Below are positions 61,805 to 64,000 of a stretch of DNA of 64,000 nucleotides, piece after piece. Source of the stretch: Alphaproteobacteria bacterium (GTDB lineage Bacteria; Pseudomonadota; Alphaproteobacteria; Micavibrionales; UBA2020); assembly GCA_016124645.1 (NCBI GenBank), contig WGNE01000017.1:9431-73430 (forward strand). The letters run 5' to 3'. Under the pieces are notes generated by a model that was not told where the DNA came from, did not search any database, and saw nothing but the letters and a program-made list of their open reading frames with translations. Positions within the stretch are counted from its first letter, which is position 1. Every line of letters starts with the position of its first letter. The translations under genes were made by a program, and so were the position numbers.

Positions 61805-62958
61805 CGCAAGAGGGCAAGAAAATCCGCGAGGGCTTTTCCCTGCGCCGCGCCTATGCGCTGATGAAGAAGGAGTTCATCCAGCTCAAGCGCGACAAGATGA
61901 CGCTGCGCATGATCGTCATGATACCGATCATCCAGATTTTGCTTTTCGGCTACGCGCTCAACAACGACCCCAAGCACCTGCCCACGGCGGTGCTGGCGCA
62001 GGACCACAGCGTCTTCGCCCGCAGCTTCGTCGCGGGCCTGGTCAATACGGATTACTTCGCGGTGACGCGGGAGCCGAAAAGCGCCGCCGCCGCGCAACGC
62101 CTGCTGCGCGAAGGTCAGGTGCAGTTCGTCGTCACCATCCCCGAAAATTTCGGGCGCGACATCGTGCGCGGGCAAAAACCGCAGGCGCTCATCGAGGCGG
62201 ACGCGACCGACCCCACGGCCATCTCCGGGCCCATCGCGGCGGCGCAGGGCGTGTTTTCGACCGCCTTCGCGCGCGACTTCACCGGGCCGCTCGCCTACCT
62301 GAAGGGGCGGCAGGGCAGCCTGAGCGTCGAGGTCCACCGCATGTACAACCCCGAGGGCTTCACGCGCTATAACATCCTGCCCGGGCTCATGGGCATCATC
62401 CTGACCATGACGGGCATCATGATGACGGCCATGGCCATCACGCGCGAGCGCGAAAGGGGGACGATGGAAAACCTGCTGTCCATGCCCGTGCGCCCGCTGG
62501 AGGTGATGATCGGCAAGATCATGCCCTATGTGCTCATCGGCTACATACAGGCCGCCATCATCGTGTTTTTGGGGGAGGCGCTTTTCGGCGTGCCGGTCAT
62601 CGGCAGCCTCGTGCTGCTCTCGGCGGTTTTGGTCGTCTTCATCGCCTGCAACCTCGCGCTCGGCTACCTTTTGTCCGCCAGCGCGCAGAACCAGACGCAG
62701 GCGATACAGATGTCCATCATGGTGCTGATGCCCTCGATCCTGCTTTCGGGCTTCCTCTTTCCCTTCCGCGGCATGCCGCACTGGGCGCAGGACATCGGCA
62801 GCTTTTTGCCCGCGACCTATTTCATCCGCATCTCGCGCGGGATATTGCTGAAGGGCGACGGTTTCATGGATATCTGGCAGAATTTCTGGCCGTTGCTGGC
62901 CTTCATGGTCGTCATCACCGTCATCGCCACCAAGCGTTACCGCCAGACGCTGGATTGA
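61801..62958 (+). CDS. ABC-2 type permease (YbhR/YbhS-like)
   Basis: KEFIQLKRD, LLFGYA, YNP, REREGTMENLL-like motif, LLSGFLFPF. Confidence 0.92.
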   Translation: MTQEGKKIREGFSLRRAYALMKKEFIQLKRDKMTLRMIVMIPIIQILLFGYALNNDPKHLPTAVLAQDHSVFARSFVAGLVNTDYFAVTREPKSAAAAQRLLREGQVQFVVTIPENFGRDIVRGQKPQALIEADATDPTAISGPIAAAQGVFSTAFARDFTGPLAYLKGRQGSLSVEVHRMYNPEGFTRYNILPGLMGIILTMTGIMMTAMAITRERERGTMENLLSMPVRPLEVMIGKIMPYVLIGYIQAAIIVFLGEALFGVPVIGSLVLLSAVLVVFIACNLALGYLLSASAQNQTQAIQMSIMVLMPSILLSGFLFPFRGMPHWAQDIGSFLPATYFIRISRGILLKGDGFMDIWQNFWPLLAFMVVITVIATKRYRQTLD

Positions 62959-62965
62959 CGCGGGC

Positions 62966-64000
62966 CTAGCCCTGTCCCTGCTTTTCCCGCTCGGCGCGCT
63001 CGGCGGCTTCGCGGATGGCGCGGTTGCGCGCGGCGGTTTCGGCGTCGGCGGCGGCCAGCTTGTCGGCCTGCGCCTTTTCGGCGGCGGCGCGCGCGGCGCT
63101 TTCCTTGGCGGCGGTCTGCGCGGCTTCGGCTTCCGCCACCGCCTTGGGCACGCGCGACTTGGCGGCGACGGCGGCGTCGGCCAGCTTGTCGGCCCATGCC
63201 TTCCACTTCGCGGCATCCTTGTCGTTGGCCTTGTGCTTGGCGGTCTCGGCGGCTTGCCGCGCCTGTTCGGCGGCTTCATGCGCCTCTTCACGCGCGCGTT
63301 CGGCCATGGCGATCTTCGCCTTGGCGATGCCTTCGGCGCGCTCGGCGGCGGCGTTGAGCTCTTTTTCCCTCTCCGAGGTCTCGCGCATGGTCAGCGGGGC
63401 TTCGGGCTTCTCCTTTTTCCGGCCCGGCGCGTCCTCGTTTATCTGCGCGTCATAGGCCGCCTTCTTTTGCGGGTCGTTCAGGATCTTGTAGGCCTCGTTC
63501 AGCGCCTGCACGAAACCGGCGGTGTCGGGCTGCGCCTGCTGTTCCTGCGCGGCGAATTTCTGCGCCAGCGTCTTGTAGGCGGCGCGGATGACCTCGGGCG
63601 GGGCGTTGACGGTGAGCTTCAGCACGGCGTAATGGGTCGTCGCCTTCGTGCCCTTGGGGGTGAGGGCGATGCCGGCTTTTTGCGCCGCCTCGCGCGCGCT
63701 GGCCAGCGCCTCGTCGGCCTTGGCCTTGGCTTCCTTCGCGTCTTCGGCGGCGCGCTGGGCGAGGGCGTTCCATTTCGCCTTGTCGCGCTCGGGCGCGGCC
63801 TGCGCCTTGGCGGCGGCTTGCTGCGCTTTTTCGCGCGCCTGCTGTGCTTCCTTCGCGGTCTTTTCCGCCAGCGTGGCCCAGGCCTGCGCGTCGGCGCGGG
63901 CTTTTTCCGTCTTCGGGTCGGCGGGCGGTTCCGCCGCGTCGCTGTCGTCGGGCTTTTTCTCCCCGGCCTGCTGCTCGCGTATCCACAGGTCGTGGGCTTC
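62966..64000 (-). CDS. J-domain-like protein with Ala/Lys-rich coiled coils (5' end outside the window)
   Basis: The frame is open from 64000 to the stop at 62966 (345 codons): EAHDLWIREQ.., Ala/Lys coil, THYAVLKL..NAPPEVIRAAYKTLAQKF..LNEAYKILNDPQKKAAYD, second coil. Confidence 0.75.
   Translation of the reverse strand, partial: EAHDLWIREQQAGEKKPDDSDAAEPPADPKTEKARADAQAWATLAEKTAKEAQQAREKAQQAAAKAQAAPERDKAKWNALAQRAAEDAKEAKAKADEALASAREAAQKAGIALTPKGTKATTHYAVLKLTVNAPPEVIRAAYKTLAQKFAAQEQQAQPDTAGFVQALNEAYKILNDPQKKAAYDAQINEDAPGRKKEKPEAPLTMRETSEREKELNAAAERAEGIAKAKIAMAERAREEAHEAAEQARQAAETAKHKANDKDAAKWKAWADKLADAAVAAKSRVPKAVAEAEAAQTAAKESAARAAAEKAQADKLAAADAETAARNRAIREAAERAEREKQGQG

Noticed and set aside
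62990-63910. Low-complexity gcggc/ttcggc repeats as a CRISPR array or DNA tandem repeat
   Set aside because: They reflect Ala/Lys/Glu codons of a coiled-coil protein; there is no constant repeat-spacer structure.
63450-63986. Track ORF 63450-63986 (-) as a separate gene
   Set aside because: It overlaps, in another frame, the open frame that continues the J-domain protein to the window edge.

Overview
GC-rich chromosomal segment, most likely from an alphaproteobacterium (inferred from gene content and protein style, not proven). It contains about 48 recognisable CDS and no rRNA, tRNA, CRISPR array, transposase or integrase that I can see. The left part (1-41.7 kb) is mixed metabolism and transport: xdhABC with a coupled cysteine desulfurase, a Cu P-type ATPase, M3 and M16 peptidases, a FadL-type porin, two MscS and two ClC channels, a membrane-anchored Nudix-like protein with a HAD hydrolase, an MlaEFD/PqiC-type ABC system, a glycogen-debranching-type enzyme, an MdtAB-like RND pump, an MFS transporter, metH and an aldo-keto reductase. 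The most striking structure is a ~17 kb block (41.8-59.05 kb) carrying six intergenic FNR/FixK-type boxes (TTGA-N6-TCAA). It holds an N-ATPase-type atpDCQBEFAG operon (no atpR, c subunit lacking Na+ ligands), a PhaJ/MaoC-Ptb fusion, acetate/butyrate kinase, a Crp/Fnr regulator with an unusual C-terminal Cys cluster, a baeRF12/host-attachment protein, FabI, a beta-CASP nuclease, a Ttd14/NadR-like P-loop protein, an L,D-transpeptidase, PhaC and a small membrane protein. I infer a hypoxia-survival module in which PHA-derived acyl-CoA is fermented to make ATP that powers a proton-pumping ATPase. Other candidates for new biology are a single-chain M16B peptidase with complementary halves in reversed order, shared Lys/Pro-rich C-terminal tails on signal-peptide-less enzymes, a low-GC orphan gene and a tandem J-domain protein lacking HPD. 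All family calls come from motif recognition by eye; no database search was run.
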